DNA of 64,000 nucleotides from contig JAJFUJ010000115.1 of assembly GCA_021372475.1 (NCBI GenBank), positions 1,398-65,397 on the forward strand, read 5' to 3'. The notes beneath the pieces are model-generated. The model saw only the letters and a program-made list of their open reading frames with translations, made no database searches and was not told the origin of the DNA. Position 1 is the first letter of the stretch; each line of letters starts with the position of its first letter. Below are positions 1 to 10,006 of the stretch, piece after piece. Source of the stretch: Chloroflexota bacterium (lineage in GTDB: Bacteria; Chloroflexota; Anaerolineae; UBA1429). Made by a program: the position numbers and the translations under genes.

Positions 1-718
1 TATCCGAGATGACATCGCTGCGGCCGAAAAGATAGTTGGCGGCCACGCGGTCCTCGTAGCTGATGATGCCCGAGAGGGTGGTTCCAAGCGTGACACAGTA
101 CTTTTCCACCAGGTGCTCGTGCAGGCCGGCAGCCAGGTTGTAGCGCGCATATTCATCCGCCACGCCTTCGCGTCGAGCCGCAGCCGCACCCAGTTCCGCT
201 ACATAGCGCTCGAAATCGGGCATCGTCTCCAGGCTAAAGCGGCGGCTGCCCCACAGAAACGTATCGGACGCCAGCACCACATAGCCCTCCTTGACCAGGG
301 CGTTGGCATAGCTACGCCCGCCATAGCAATCGCGCCAGGAGAGCAGTGTCGCGTTGAGCGGCTCGGGGCCTTCGGCGATCTTTTCCTTGCCGTAAACCTT
401 AAAACCGCCATGGTCGTGTAAGGCCAGGATGCCGGGCAGGCGCTCCGTAACCCCGGCCGGCTTGAGCACATAAGCCTCGCTGCGTGGACCATAGCCCACG
501 CTCCAGCTAATCAGCTCACCGGCGACGCCGTCCTTCTCCCAGGTGCGTTCCAGTTTAACTTGCGCCGGCTGCTCGGCGCCCAGCGTAAAGCGCAGGCATT
601 CGCGCACCTTGGCCTGCGTCTCAGGTCCGGGCTTAGCCCAGGGGCGTTCGCCGTACTGCTTGTGCATGGCTGCGACCAGGTCACTGTACTCACCGAGGTG
701 CCGGTAGGTATCGCTCAT
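1..718 (-). CDS. alpha/beta hydrolase, dienelactone-hydrolase-like (N-terminal 239 aa; 3' end runs off the left edge)
   Basis: Absent from the ORF track because no stop lies in the window. Hand translation of the minus strand from ATG 718-716 stays open to position 2: MSDTYRHLGEYSDLVAAMHKQYGERPW...LPGILALHDHGGFKVYGKEKI...EGYVVLASDTFLWGSRRF. AGGAGCC Shine-Dalgarno at 729-723. The family call rests on resemblance only. Confidence 0.5.
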   Translation of the reverse strand, partial: MSDTYRHLGEYSDLVAAMHKQYGERPWAKPGPETQAKVRECLRFTLGAEQPAQVKLERTWEKDGVAGELISWSVGYGPRSEAYVLKPAGVTERLPGILALHDHGGFKVYGKEKIAEGPEPLNATLLSWRDCYGGRSYANALVKEGYVVLASDTFLWGSRRFSLETMPDFERYVAELGAAAARREGVADEYARYNLAAGLHEHLVEKYCVTLGTTLSGIISYEDRVAANYLFGRSDVISD

Positions 719-730
719 CGTATGGCTCCT

Positions 731-2140
731 TTAGTTTATTAGTGCCAGCAAGGTATTGGGTGATAAAAAGTAGGGCGGGATGACGCCCGGGATGTTAGAG
801 AGCGGCAGCACATCGTCGCCCACCGGCAGCCCGAGGGTTGCGCGCATGAAGGTGCGTCTCGCCAGGCAGCGCTGATAACACGCCGGGTAACGCGTGCGCA
901 GCTCGTTCTGCAGAGCGGCGTCCGCCAGCGCGTAGCCATCCTCCATACGGCTCGAAAAATAAACTGGCGAACTCGGGATGACATCCGCTTGGATGCACAT
1001 CCCCGAACTAAGCGGGATATCGGAGCCAGGATAGATGGGCGAGGACAACCACTCATCCAGGTGGATCAAATGGCCGGCATTGAGGGTGATGCCGAACCGC
1101 TTGAGAGGCAGCAGCATATCGATAACGCGCTGCGGTTCGGAGCCGAGTGCGCCTATCTTGAGCGTTTCGAACCAGGCCCCCATCGCCGCGAAATACGGCC
1201 CGGCAAAGGCTTCTACATAATCCCTGGCTGCCTCAGGCAGGTCGGATGAATCCACGGCAGCCCAGCCGGCGCGGCAGACATTGCTGCCCCAATAGCACAC
1301 GTTGGTGGCGAAAGGTTCCCCACGGCGCACCGGCGCACCCAGCGGGCTGTTCATGCCGCAGGCGCGCGTGTCGCCGGTGACGAGGGTCATATGGCAGCCC
1401 AGCGGCATGCCGTTGAGCCGCGCCAACTCGGCCACCTCGTAATCCAGCATACCCGGCTTGAGCCCAAAGAGCATGCGCTTGACCCCCTCGGAGGCCAGGA
1501 TGCCGGTGTACTCCAGATAAGCTATCTCCTCCGCCGAACAGCGGGCGCGCAGGCCGTAAGCCGGGTGCATGAGCATATCGGTCGTATTGAGCACCTGCTC
1601 ATATCCCGCCAGGTCGCGCAGCGTATCGGCGATATAGCTGGGGATGTCGAGGGCATGGGCAGGATCAGGGTGCTCACCGCAGCCCTGGTATTTATAGCCG
1701 ACGCAGCCTACCTGCGCATTTGGCCCGATGCGTTCATCCGCCAGGATTTCGCGCAGTTGGCGGCATCCCAAACGCGGTTGATCCAGCAGCGAAAAGGTGG
1801 CATAACGCTCGGAACGCAACGTGCCGTTGGTATACAACGGGCTAATCGGCAAATACCCCAGGCTTTCGTTGCCGGCGATGATGAGCGGCTGCGCCGAACC
1901 CGAGAGCACCAATAGGGCTTCCTCAAAACGCGGGTCAAAGCCGATGAGGTAAGCCAGGTTGGCAAAGTGCTCGCGATCGCCGTATACCACCAGATGGCTG
2001 TAGCCGGTGCTAGCCATGGCCGCACGAATGGCATCCAACCGCGCAGCATACACCTCAGCGCCGAGTTGCGCCGGCGGGGCGGGAACAGGGCCGAAATCCG
2101 GCCAGGCGGTTTCGATTAACTTGAAGCGCAGAGCGTTCAT
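731..2140 (-). CDS. creatinase/Xaa-Pro peptidase (M24) fold protein, function unknown
   Basis: 469-aa ORF. The N-terminal segment HLVVYGDREHFANLAYLIGFDPRFEEALLV resembles the creatinase/prolidase N-domain. Its stop lies 13 nt before the downstream gene start. Confidence 0.4.
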   Translation of the reverse strand: MNALRFKLIETAWPDFGPVPAPPAQLGAEVYAARLDAIRAAMASTGYSHLVVYGDREHFANLAYLIGFDPRFEEALLVLSGSAQPLIIAGNESLGYLPISPLYTNGTLRSERYATFSLLDQPRLGCRQLREILADERIGPNAQVGCVGYKYQGCGEHPDPAHALDIPSYIADTLRDLAGYEQVLNTTDMLMHPAYGLRARCSAEEIAYLEYTGILASEGVKRMLFGLKPGMLDYEVAELARLNGMPLGCHMTLVTGDTRACGMNSPLGAPVRRGEPFATNVCYWGSNVCRAGWAAVDSSDLPEAARDYVEAFAGPYFAAMGAWFETLKIGALGSEPQRVIDMLLPLKRFGITLNAGHLIHLDEWLSSPIYPGSDIPLSSGMCIQADVIPSSPVYFSSRMEDGYALADAALQNELRTRYPACYQRCLARRTFMRATLGLPVGDDVLPLSNIPGVIPPYFLSPNTLLALIN

Positions 2141-2269
2141 GGCGACACCCTTTCATCAGGAATTATGCACACGATACCCCCGCCGTGGTGCGCCGTCAAA
2201 CGGGCGAGCGTTTGAAAACCGATAAACTGCATGTTACAATCGGCTCAATCGGCACGGAATGGGGGGATT

Positions 2270-3130
2270 ATGCAAGTTAACAAAGCCGTTATAACTGCTG
2301 CGGGGCGTAAACAGCGCTCCTTGCCGCTGCAACTCCTGATTGACCGCGATGGGCAGCAGAAATCGGTGCTGCGCATCATTATCGAAGAGGTGCTGCATGC
2401 CGGTGTGGAAGAGATTGGCGTGGTGGTCTGCCCCGGCGATGAGGAAGCTTACCGCGCAGCCTGCGGCGACCATGCCGGCCGGCTGCGCTTTATCCAGCAG
2501 ACTGAACCGCTGGGGTACGGGCATGCCGTGTACTGCGCCCGCTCTTTTACCGGCCAGGATCCCTTTCTGCTCCTGGTGGGCGACCACTTGTATGTCTCGC
2601 GCGAGGCGCGCTCATGCGCACAGCAGTTGATGGAAGCAGCCTTGAGCGAGCAGTGCGCCATCTCGGCAGTGCAGGCCTCCCGCGAACACTTGCTGCCCTA
2701 TTACGGCGCAGTGGGTGGGCGGCGCGCGCCGGGCAAACCCGATCTCTACCTCATCGAGCGCGTCATCGAGAAACCCACTCCGACGGCTGCCGAACAGCAG
2801 TTAGTGGTGCCCGGCTTGCGCGCAGGATATTATCTGTGCTTTTTTGGCATGCATGTGTTGACCCCTATGATTATGTCTATTCTCGGTGAGCGCATGGCCA
2901 ACCTTACGCCGGGAGCAAGCCTCGACCTTTCGGGCGCATTGGATGACTTGGCGCGGCGCGAGCGTTACATGGCGCTGCTCAATCACGGCTGGCGCTATGA
3001 CGTCGGCGTTAAGTACGGCCTGCTGATGACGCAGTTAGCGCTGGGATTGGCCGGCGATGAGCGCGAGCAGGTGCTTGCGCAGCTCGTGGAACTGCTCGCC
3101 CAGCGCCAGCTCAACACGGCGGAGCACTAG
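2270..3130 (+). CDS. sugar-1-phosphate nucleotidylyltransferase (UTP-glucose-1-phosphate uridylyltransferase-like, NTP_transferase fold)
   Basis: [16 protein letters not shown] (GXGXR-type NTP-binding loop), EPLGYGHAV and LLLVGDH motifs. I chose the ATG at 2270 because it follows GGGGGG at 2261-2266; the track start at 2231 has no RBS. Confidence 0.7.
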   Translation: MQVNKAVITAAGRKQRSLPLQLLIDRDGQQKSVLRIIIEEVLHAGVEEIGVVVCPGDEEAYRAACGDHAGRLRFIQQTEPLGYGHAVYCARSFTGQDPFLLLVGDHLYVSREARSCAQQLMEAALSEQCAISAVQASREHLLPYYGAVGGRRAPGKPDLYLIERVIEKPTPTAAEQQLVVPGLRAGYYLCFFGMHVLTPMIMSILGERMANLTPGASLDLSGALDDLARRERYMALLNHGWRYDVGVKYGLLMTQLALGLAGDEREQVLAQLVELLAQRQLNTAEH

Positions 3131-3131
3131 C

Positions 3132-6100
3132 ATGGGCGGTTATCTGACCAGAATTATCACTTCCACCGACCCGGCCATACGCGACCTTTCGTTGGACGCC
3201 TACGCCCGCTCCGCGACCTTGAGCGAACTGCTTGACGAATGCGCAGGACTGGACCGACTGCGTCAAACCAGCCCCAACTTGTATGAGCGCGTGCGGGCTT
3301 GTTTCTTCCTATACGCCCTCAACCGATTCCACATCCCGCAAAAGCCCAAGCTGCATGGGCGTGCGTTGGTGCCTTTTGCTGGTTACGATCTGCTGCTACG
3401 CCGGCGCTACGAGGAAGCTATCGACGTCTTTATGGGAAAGATGCGCGCCGAAGGCCCGAGCGACAGCCTAGCCAGCGCGCTCGCGGCCAGTTACCACGGC
3501 CTGGGGTTCCAGATCCTGGCGGATCAGGTGCGCCGCAGCGTGCGTTCGGTGCGCGGCAACCAGTGGATGTTTCGCATGGGCCACCCGGCTGACCATCCGC
3601 TGCGCATCAGGCCGGAGTTATTGCGGCGCGAAACGCCGAGCGACCCCTACCCGCTGCTGCGTGAACGCACGCCGGTACGTATGGACCTCAGCCATTCCGG
3701 CTGGAGCGATATCTTTTTCCTCGGGATGGATTACCCCGAGGGAGCGCGTGTGCTGAATATCTCCATCGACCTGGGCGTCCTCGGACGCGACCCGGCGCCG
3801 CGTCCGCCGGTGGAGGCCTATATCCGCGTCATCGACGAACCGCTTATTCGCCTGGCGAGCGTTGACCTGGGCGTCACGGCCGAAATCAGCCAGCTCGATG
3901 AGATATTCGATTACGCCAAGGATTACCTCGGCCTGCTCAAAGCCGCGCTGATCGCTTCCGGCATCGTGCCGCCGGGCGTGGAAAGCTCTGACCACCGGCT
4001 GGCGGATCTGCTTGCGCGCGTAGTCGGCCCAGGCCTGGGGCTCGAGTTGGTTAGCTGCGTCAACGGCATCCCCAAAGGTTCGCGTCTGGCCGTCAGCACC
4101 ACGCTGCTGGCCGCGCTGATTGCCATATGTATGCGTGCTACCGGCCAGACGCGCAGTTTGTGTGGCGTGCTGCACGATGACGAGCGCCAACTGGTGGCCG
4201 CGCGCGCCATCCTGGGCGAATGGCTGGCCGGCTCGGGCGGCGGTTGGCAGGATTCGGGCGGCATCTGGCCGGGTATCAAACTGATTCAAGGCGTGCTGGC
4301 GCAGAAAGGCGACCCTGAATACGGCATCAGCCGCGGCTGCTTGCTGCCCAGCCACCATATTATGAGCGCGGGCGAGGTCAGCCCTGCCACCCGCCAGGCG
4401 CTGCAGGATAGCCTGGTGCTGGTGCATGGCGGGATGGCTCAAAACGTCGGCCCAATCCTCGAGATGGTCACGGAGAAATACTTGCTGCGCTCCGATGCCG
4501 AATGGCTGGGACGCCATGAAGCCTGCCAGGTGTTCGAGCGCATTGTGAGCGACTTAAAATCCGGCGATGTACGCGCCATCGGCGCCGAAACAACCCACAA
4601 CTTTGAGGGACCAATCCAGGCAATCATCCCTTGGGCCAGTAACCTCTATACAGAGACGTTGATATCGCGCGTGCGGCGCGAGTTCCAGGAGCGCTTCTGG
4701 GGCTTCTGGATGCTGGGAGGTATGTCTGGCGGCGGTATGGGCTTTATCTTTGACCCATCGGCGAAGGCTGCTGGCCAGCGCTACCTGCAGGAGACGATGA
4801 GCACTGCCAAACGCGAGCTCGAACAGGCTTTGCCTTTTGCTATGGAGCCGGTGGTGTACCATTTTGGCATCAACGAGCGCGGCACCTACGCCGACCTGCT
4901 CCTGCACGATGCAGCGCTCCTGCCCGGTGGATATTATGCCACGGCAGTGCCGGCGCTCCTGCGCTATGACCGCCTGCAACTCACTCCAGCGCGGCGCGCC
5001 GAACTGGATAAATTCGGTGCGGCATGCCGCACCCGCCCTGAATTGGCGGGGATGGTGCAGACGTTATTTGACCGCCTGCTGCCGCGCCCCGCAGAGCAAA
5101 CCGTTCAAGGGCCGACGCTTGAGGAAGCGCTGGCAGTCAACGGGTTCGACCGGCTGCAGCACGAGCAGATTCGCGCCGACCTGCGCAGCGGGCGCATCGG
5201 CCTGGCGCAGAACCGCCTGTCGCCCAGTACGGCCATCAGCGATGTGCTCCCCGGTGATGTGGCCGATGCCGAGCACGACTTGATGCCCGAATGTGTTGAG
5301 CTGGGGTGCGAGGCGCTGCGCGGCGGACAGGTTGCCGTGGTCACGTTGGCCGGTGGGATAGGCAGCCGCTGGACGCAGGGAGCCGGCGTGGTCAAGGCGC
5401 TGCACCCCTTTGCCAGGTTGGGCGGCCTGCACCGCAGCTTTATCGAGGTGCACCTGGCCAAGAGCCGCCACACTAACCGCACATTCGGCGTTGAACTGCC
5501 GCATATCATCACTACCAGCTACCTTACCCATGAACCTATCGCCACTTATTTACAGCGCGTCGGCAACTATGGTTATGCAGGCCCGCTGCTGCTTTCCTCG
5601 GCGCGGGCGGTGGGATTGAGGCTGATTCCGACGGCGCGCGATCTGCATTTTGCCTGGGAGGAGATGCCCCAACAGATGCTCGATGAGCAGGCCCAAAAAG
5701 TGCGCGAATCGCTGCACGCTGCCTTATTTAGCTGGGCGCACCAAATGGGCGAGGCCGGCGACTATACCGACAACGTGCCGTTGCAGTGTTTGCATCCTGT
5801 GGGACATTGGTTTGAGGTGCCTAACTTGCTGAAAAACGGCGTCCTGCGCGGGCTGCTCGATGAGCGCCCGCAACTGCGTTACCTGATGCTGCACAATATC
5901 GATACGCTGGGCGCCAATGCCGACCCGGCGTTCCTCGGCTGGCACATCCAAAACGGCGCCGGCATGACCGTGGAGGTCATCGCCCGCCGCCTGGAGGACC
6001 GCGGCGGCGGGTTGGCGCGCATTAACGGCCAGCTCCGGCTGGTGGAGGGATTGGCGATGCCACGTGAGCAGGATGAGTTCAACCTGACCTACTATAATTC

Positions 6101-6452
6101 GGCCACGATGTGGCTGGATATCGACCAGCTCCTGGCTGCCTTCGGGCTTGACCGCGCCGCCCTCGTCGATGAAACGCGCGTAACCGAGGCTGTGCGCAAG
6201 GTTGCGGCGCGCATGCCCACCTATATGACCCTCAAGGATGTAAAAAAACGCTGGGGGCAGGGACAGGAGGATATTTACCCGGTGCTGCAGTGGGAAAAGC
6301 TGTGGGGCGATATGACCGGACTGCCCGAGTTGCGTTGCAGCTATTTGTGCGTGCCCAGGCTGCGCGGGCAGCAGCTCAAGGAACAAGCCCAACTCGACGG
6401 CTGGCTGCGCGACGGCTCGGCCGCGTATATCGAGACCCTGTGCGATTGGTGA
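3132..6452 (+). CDS. fusion protein: unassigned N-terminal region + fucokinase-like GHMP kinase module + UDPGP-family sugar-1-phosphate nucleotidylyltransferase
   Basis: ATG at 3132 lies 1 nt after the upstream TAG stop. GHMP-like motifs: IPKGSRLAVSTTLLAAL (about 4066-4110), GGGWQDSGG (4236-4262) and LGGMSGGGMGFIF (about 4715-4752). UDPGP-like motifs: VAVVTLAGGIGSRW (5331-5372) and LHNIDTLGANAD (about 5890-5925). Confidence 0.6.
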   Translation: MGGYLTRIITSTDPAIRDLSLDAYARSATLSELLDECAGLDRLRQTSPNLYERVRACFFLYALNRFHIPQKPKLHGRALVPFAGYDLLLRRRYEEAIDVFMGKMRAEGPSDSLASALAASYHGLGFQILADQVRRSVRSVRGNQWMFRMGHPADHPLRIRPELLRRETPSDPYPLLRERTPVRMDLSHSGWSDIFFLGMDYPEGARVLNISIDLGVLGRDPAPRPPVEAYIRVIDEPLIRLASVDLGVTAEISQLDEIFDYAKDYLGLLKAALIASGIVPPGVESSDHRLADLLARVVGPGLGLELVSCVNGIPKGSRLAVSTTLLAALIAICMRATGQTRSLCGVLHDDERQLVAARAILGEWLAGSGGGWQDSGGIWPGIKLIQGVLAQKGDPEYGISRGCLLPSHHIMSAGEVSPATRQALQDSLVLVHGGMAQNVGPILEMVTEKYLLRSDAEWLGRHEACQVFERIVSDLKSGDVRAIGAETTHNFEGPIQAIIPWASNLYTETLISRVRREFQERFWGFWMLGGMSGGGMGFIFDPSAKAAGQRYLQETMSTAKRELEQALPFAMEPVVYHFGINERGTYADLLLHDAALLPGGYYATAVPALLRYDRLQLTPARRAELDKFGAACRTRPELAGMVQTLFDRLLPRPAEQTVQGPTLEEALAVNGFDRLQHEQIRADLRSGRIGLAQNRLSPSTAISDVLPGDVADAEHDLMPECVELGCEALRGGQVAVVTLAGGIGSRWTQGAGVVKALHPFARLGGLHRSFIEVHLAKSRHTNRTFGVELPHIITTSYLTHEPIATYLQRVGNYGYAGPLLLSSARAVGLRLIPTARDLHFAWEEMPQQMLDEQAQKVRESLHAALFSWAHQMGEAGDYTDNVPLQCLHPVGHWFEVPNLLKNGVLRGLLDERPQLRYLMLHNIDTLGANADPAFLGWHIQNGAGMTVEVIARRLEDRGGGLARINGQLRLVEGLAMPREQDEFNLTYYNSATMWLDIDQLLAAFGLDRAALVDETRVTEAVRKVAARMPTYMTLKDVKKRWGQGQEDIYPVLQWEKLWGDMTGLPELRCSYLCVPRLRGQQLKEQAQLDGWLRDGSAAYIETLCDW

Positions 6453-6546
6453 GTGCGGCCATTTGCCTGGCGCGGCTGTTGGACATTTCGGCCAGTAGCG
6501 CGCCTGCCACGGTGACCATGCGCCCGCCCTCTGGAGATGAAAGCTC

Positions 6547-8496
6547 GTGGTAGATAACCAGAGCGCAAAACGTTCAACCTTGATAATAAACCCCTTTGCC
6601 CGACTGACAGCATCTCTGGGGATCCTGTATGCTGTGCCCGAGGTGCTGGCGATTGGCTTTTCGCTGGCCCAAGCCGTGATCACCCCCTGGATGAGCGCCG
6701 CCAGCCTGATATCGGGCATGCTTTTGGCCGCGCTGACCTGGTTTTGGCTGCAGCCTGCACAGCCCGAATCCGGGCGCGAGGCCAAGGTATGGCACAAATG
6801 GACTTTTTATGGGCTGAGCATTCTGCTGGGGCTGGTATACCTTGCGCTCTGGTATGCGGCTTACCTCTCGCCAGATATCACCTGCGACGGCACGGCCTAC
6901 CACATCCCGGCCATCAGCATGTGGGCGCACAAAGGCTATATCTACTGGATCGACCCCTATTTTCAGCTCGAAGCGCTGGTCAACGGCTACCCCAAATCGG
7001 TAGAGCTGTTCGCGTTTGTGCTCATCCGCGCCAGCGGACTTTCTGAGCTATCGAATATGCTCAACCTGTTATTCCTGCCGTTCGGCGTCCTGGGGCTAGC
7101 CAGCCTGGCGCGCAGCCTGGGAGCGAGCAAGCCGGTGGCCTTATTTAGCGGCATGCTGTGGGTGCTAATCCCGGTGAACTTGTTTCAGGCCACCACGGCC
7201 TATATCGACTCGGCTTTCGGCTCGCTGGCAATCGCCTTCCTCGCTTTGCTGGTGACAGCGCAGCAGAATTTGCGCTCGGAGACAGGCATCCCCTGGCGGC
7301 TGGTGCCCGCCCTGGGCGCCGCCGCAGGGCTGGCTTTGGCCGCCAAGGGCTCCGCCGGCCTGTTGGTGGCCGCCGGGTTCGTCGGCCTGGCGCTGGCGGC
7401 GCTGGTCGCCCGCATTGCGGCTGGGCGCGCCGGACGCGGTCTGCTCTGGCGGGCGCTGGCCGTAGCCCTCAGCGCGGGATTGATTGCCCTGGCCGTGGGC
7501 GGATTCTGGTACGCGCGCAACTATGCGATGACCGGCACGCCGATTTACCCGGTGGGCCTCAAGCTGGGTGAAAAAGTCATCTTCCACGGCTCCAGCGTAA
7601 GTGAGGCGCTCTGGGAGGTCGGCAACACGCCCGAGTTTATGAAGCCCTGGGGCTTCAAGGAGCGCATCGCTTATACCTGGACGCAGACGCTCATCTATGA
7701 CCAGGAGGGCGCAACGCATTGGCCCGCGAGCATGATGGGCGTGGATTCGCGCATTGGCGGGCTGGGCTTTCTGTGGTTAGCGGCCTGCGTGCCGGCTCTT
7801 TTATATGCGCTTTTCAGCGCGTTGGCGCAGGCGCGTAAAAAGCCGGAGCGGCTGTCGTTGTGGCTGGTCACCCTGGTAGTTGCGGCGGCCTTCCTCAGCA
7901 CGCCGATGAACTGGTGGGCGCGCTATACGGTGTGGATCTACGCCGCCGGCCTGCCGGCGTTCGGCCTGGCGCTATCAGACCTGCTGGCGACGCGCAGTTG
8001 GAAGCTGGCGCCCGTGGGCTTGTGGGCGGTATGCTGCCTGGGATTGGGATTTTACGAGGGCGGCCTGGCCTTAACTCAGACGCTGCACGATGCCTACCCG
8101 GGCGCGTGGCCGCCGCGCACCATCCAGGCTCTTGCGCCGGCTGCCTGGCGCTGGCCTGAGGGTTACCTCTTCCCCGAGACACGCGGCAGCGCGTTGGATA
8201 AAGTGATGGCCTCGGACGGCCCGATTGCCGTGGGCGCGCTGTGGGGCAACGCCCCCGGCGGACGGCTGCAGCACAACATTTACGGCCAGCTATCGCTGCC
8301 CATCGGCCGGCGCGACCTGCTGTTCCTGCCCGAGAATATGTCTGTGGACTTGTACCGTACTTTCAAAGGGCACCGGCCGGTATATATTATCTGGGACGGT
8401 AACCGCGAGCTGCCCGCCTGGGTGAAGAATATGGCCGAAAAGGTGGAAAAGGCGCCCGGTTTTTGGGTTGTAACCGTCAAGCCTGCCGCAGAGTAG
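6547..8496 (+). CDS. polytopic membrane protein, probable GT-C-fold glycosyltransferase (PMT/ArnT-like)
   Basis: 649 aa with GTG start and GGAG 10 nt upstream. At least 12 hydrophobic segments, a first-loop DGTAYH motif and a C-terminal soluble domain. The architecture is typical of polyprenyl-phosphate-sugar-dependent transferases, but the family is not proven. Confidence 0.45.
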   Translation: MVDNQSAKRSTLIINPFARLTASLGILYAVPEVLAIGFSLAQAVITPWMSAASLISGMLLAALTWFWLQPAQPESGREAKVWHKWTFYGLSILLGLVYLALWYAAYLSPDITCDGTAYHIPAISMWAHKGYIYWIDPYFQLEALVNGYPKSVELFAFVLIRASGLSELSNMLNLLFLPFGVLGLASLARSLGASKPVALFSGMLWVLIPVNLFQATTAYIDSAFGSLAIAFLALLVTAQQNLRSETGIPWRLVPALGAAAGLALAAKGSAGLLVAAGFVGLALAALVARIAAGRAGRGLLWRALAVALSAGLIALAVGGFWYARNYAMTGTPIYPVGLKLGEKVIFHGSSVSEALWEVGNTPEFMKPWGFKERIAYTWTQTLIYDQEGATHWPASMMGVDSRIGGLGFLWLAACVPALLYALFSALAQARKKPERLSLWLVTLVVAAAFLSTPMNWWARYTVWIYAAGLPAFGLALSDLLATRSWKLAPVGLWAVCCLGLGFYEGGLALTQTLHDAYPGAWPPRTIQALAPAAWRWPEGYLFPETRGSALDKVMASDGPIAVGALWGNAPGGRLQHNIYGQLSLPIGRRDLLFLPENMSVDLYRTFKGHRPVYIIWDGNRELPAWVKNMAEKVEKAPGFWVVTVKPAAE

Positions 8497-8512
8497 GCGT
8501 TAAGGAGCGGAT

Positions 8513-9991
8513 ATGCAAACATTGGATACCTTGTTCAAGCGCGCGCCGCTGCGACCGCGTGTAGGCGTCTTTGGCTGCGGCTGCTGGTTCTACTGGGACC
8601 AATTCCCCGGCCTCAAAGAGCGGCTGCTCGAGCACCAAGCCGTCTTTGAACAGCGGCTAGCAGAGCTAGGGGCGGAGGTTGTCTCAGCCGGGCTGGTGGA
8701 TAGGCCGCAGTTCGCAGCAGAAGTGGGCGACCGCTTCCGGCGCGAGGATATCGACTTGCTGATGTGTTTTGTGAGCACCTATGCGCTCTCCAGCACGGTG
8801 CTGCCGGCGGTGCAGCGTGCCGGCGTGCCGCTAGTGATTATCTCCCTGCAGCCGACCAAGGCAATGGATTACGCCCACGGCACGACATTTATGCAGCTCG
8901 AACACGACAACCAGACCAGCCTGCCCGAGCTGTGCTACGCGCTCAACCGCGCCGGGCTGCCCCCGGCCGGCATGGTCGTGGGCACGCTGTATGACGACGC
9001 CCGCGCCTGGGAACGCATTACCGGCTGGGTTAAGGTGGCGCGCGCTTACGCCACAGTACGCAAAGCGCGCATCGGGGTGATGGGCCACACCTATGAGGGT
9101 ATGCTGGATATGAACGCCGACCCAACCCTTTTTGACGCTACCTTTGGCCTGCACTGCGAGCACATCGAGCTGGACGACCTGCACCAGTGCGTATCCGAGG
9201 TGCAACCGGGTGAGGTCAGCGCTAAGCTTGATCAGATCAACGCCCTGTTCGACTTTCCCGAGCCGGGCGCGGACCCGATTGCCGGCCCAGCCAAGCCCGA
9301 GGACCTGGCCTGGACTGCTACGGTAGCCTGCGGCCTCGATAGGCTGGTAGAGCAGTTCACCCTGACGGGCCTGGCCTATTATTACCGCGGACTCAGCAAC
9401 GCCAACGAAAAGCTGGGGTCATCCTTTATGGTAGGCGCCTCGCTCTTGACCGGGCGCGGTGTGCCCATCGCCGGCGAGCTGGATATTCGCAACTGTCTGG
9501 CCATGCTGGTGCTCGACCGGCTGGAGGCGGGCGGGTCGTTCTGTGAGATTCATCCCTGCGATTTCGACGGCGATATCGTGCTGGTGGGCCACGACGGACC
9601 GCACCATATCGCCGTGGCGCAGGGCAAGCCAGTGCTGCGCGGGTTAACCATCTTGCATGGCAAACGCGGCCATGGGGTAAGCGTCGAATTTCAAATCAAG
9701 AACGGGCCTGTGACCTGCGCCGGCCTGACCCAGGACTCGGGCGGCAGGTTCAAGTTCATCCTGGCGGAGGGCGAGTCGCTGCCGGGGCCGATCCCGCCCA
9801 CGGGCAACACCAACACCCGCTGCCGCTTTCCGCCCGATGTAGCCAGCTTTATCGAGAACTGGAGCCTGGCCGCGCCGACGCACCATTTTGCCCTGGGCAT
9901 CGGGCACGTGGCCGGCCTGGTACAGGACTTGGCACGATGTTACAATTTACAGTGCGTCAACGTGACGGAGCCGGGCTACCATAGACCGTAG
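8513..9991 (+). CDS. L-arabinose/L-fucose isomerase family protein
   Basis: 492 aa with AAGGAG RBS. It looks collinear with AraA-type isomerases: IAGELD, SFCEIH, LVGHDGPHH and APTHHFALG sit where AraA has its Glu/Glu/His/His metal ligands. Confidence 0.6.
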   Translation: MQTLDTLFKRAPLRPRVGVFGCGCWFYWDQFPGLKERLLEHQAVFEQRLAELGAEVVSAGLVDRPQFAAEVGDRFRREDIDLLMCFVSTYALSSTVLPAVQRAGVPLVIISLQPTKAMDYAHGTTFMQLEHDNQTSLPELCYALNRAGLPPAGMVVGTLYDDARAWERITGWVKVARAYATVRKARIGVMGHTYEGMLDMNADPTLFDATFGLHCEHIELDDLHQCVSEVQPGEVSAKLDQINALFDFPEPGADPIAGPAKPEDLAWTATVACGLDRLVEQFTLTGLAYYYRGLSNANEKLGSSFMVGASLLTGRGVPIAGELDIRNCLAMLVLDRLEAGGSFCEIHPCDFDGDIVLVGHDGPHHIAVAQGKPVLRGLTILHGKRGHGVSVEFQIKNGPVTCAGLTQDSGGRFKFILAEGESLPGPIPPTGNTNTRCRFPPDVASFIENWSLAAPTHHFALGIGHVAGLVQDLARCYNLQCVNVTEPGYHRP

Positions 9992-10006
9992 GAAATGGAA
10001 TGAGCG

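Noticed and set aside
3618-6797. Minus-strand ORFs of 299 aa (3618-4517) and 357 aa (5724-6797) opposite the kinase::pyrophosphorylase fusion
   Set aside because: Both are antisense to a gene with strong motifs and show the same junk-like composition. The second also crosses the intergenic gap into the next gene.
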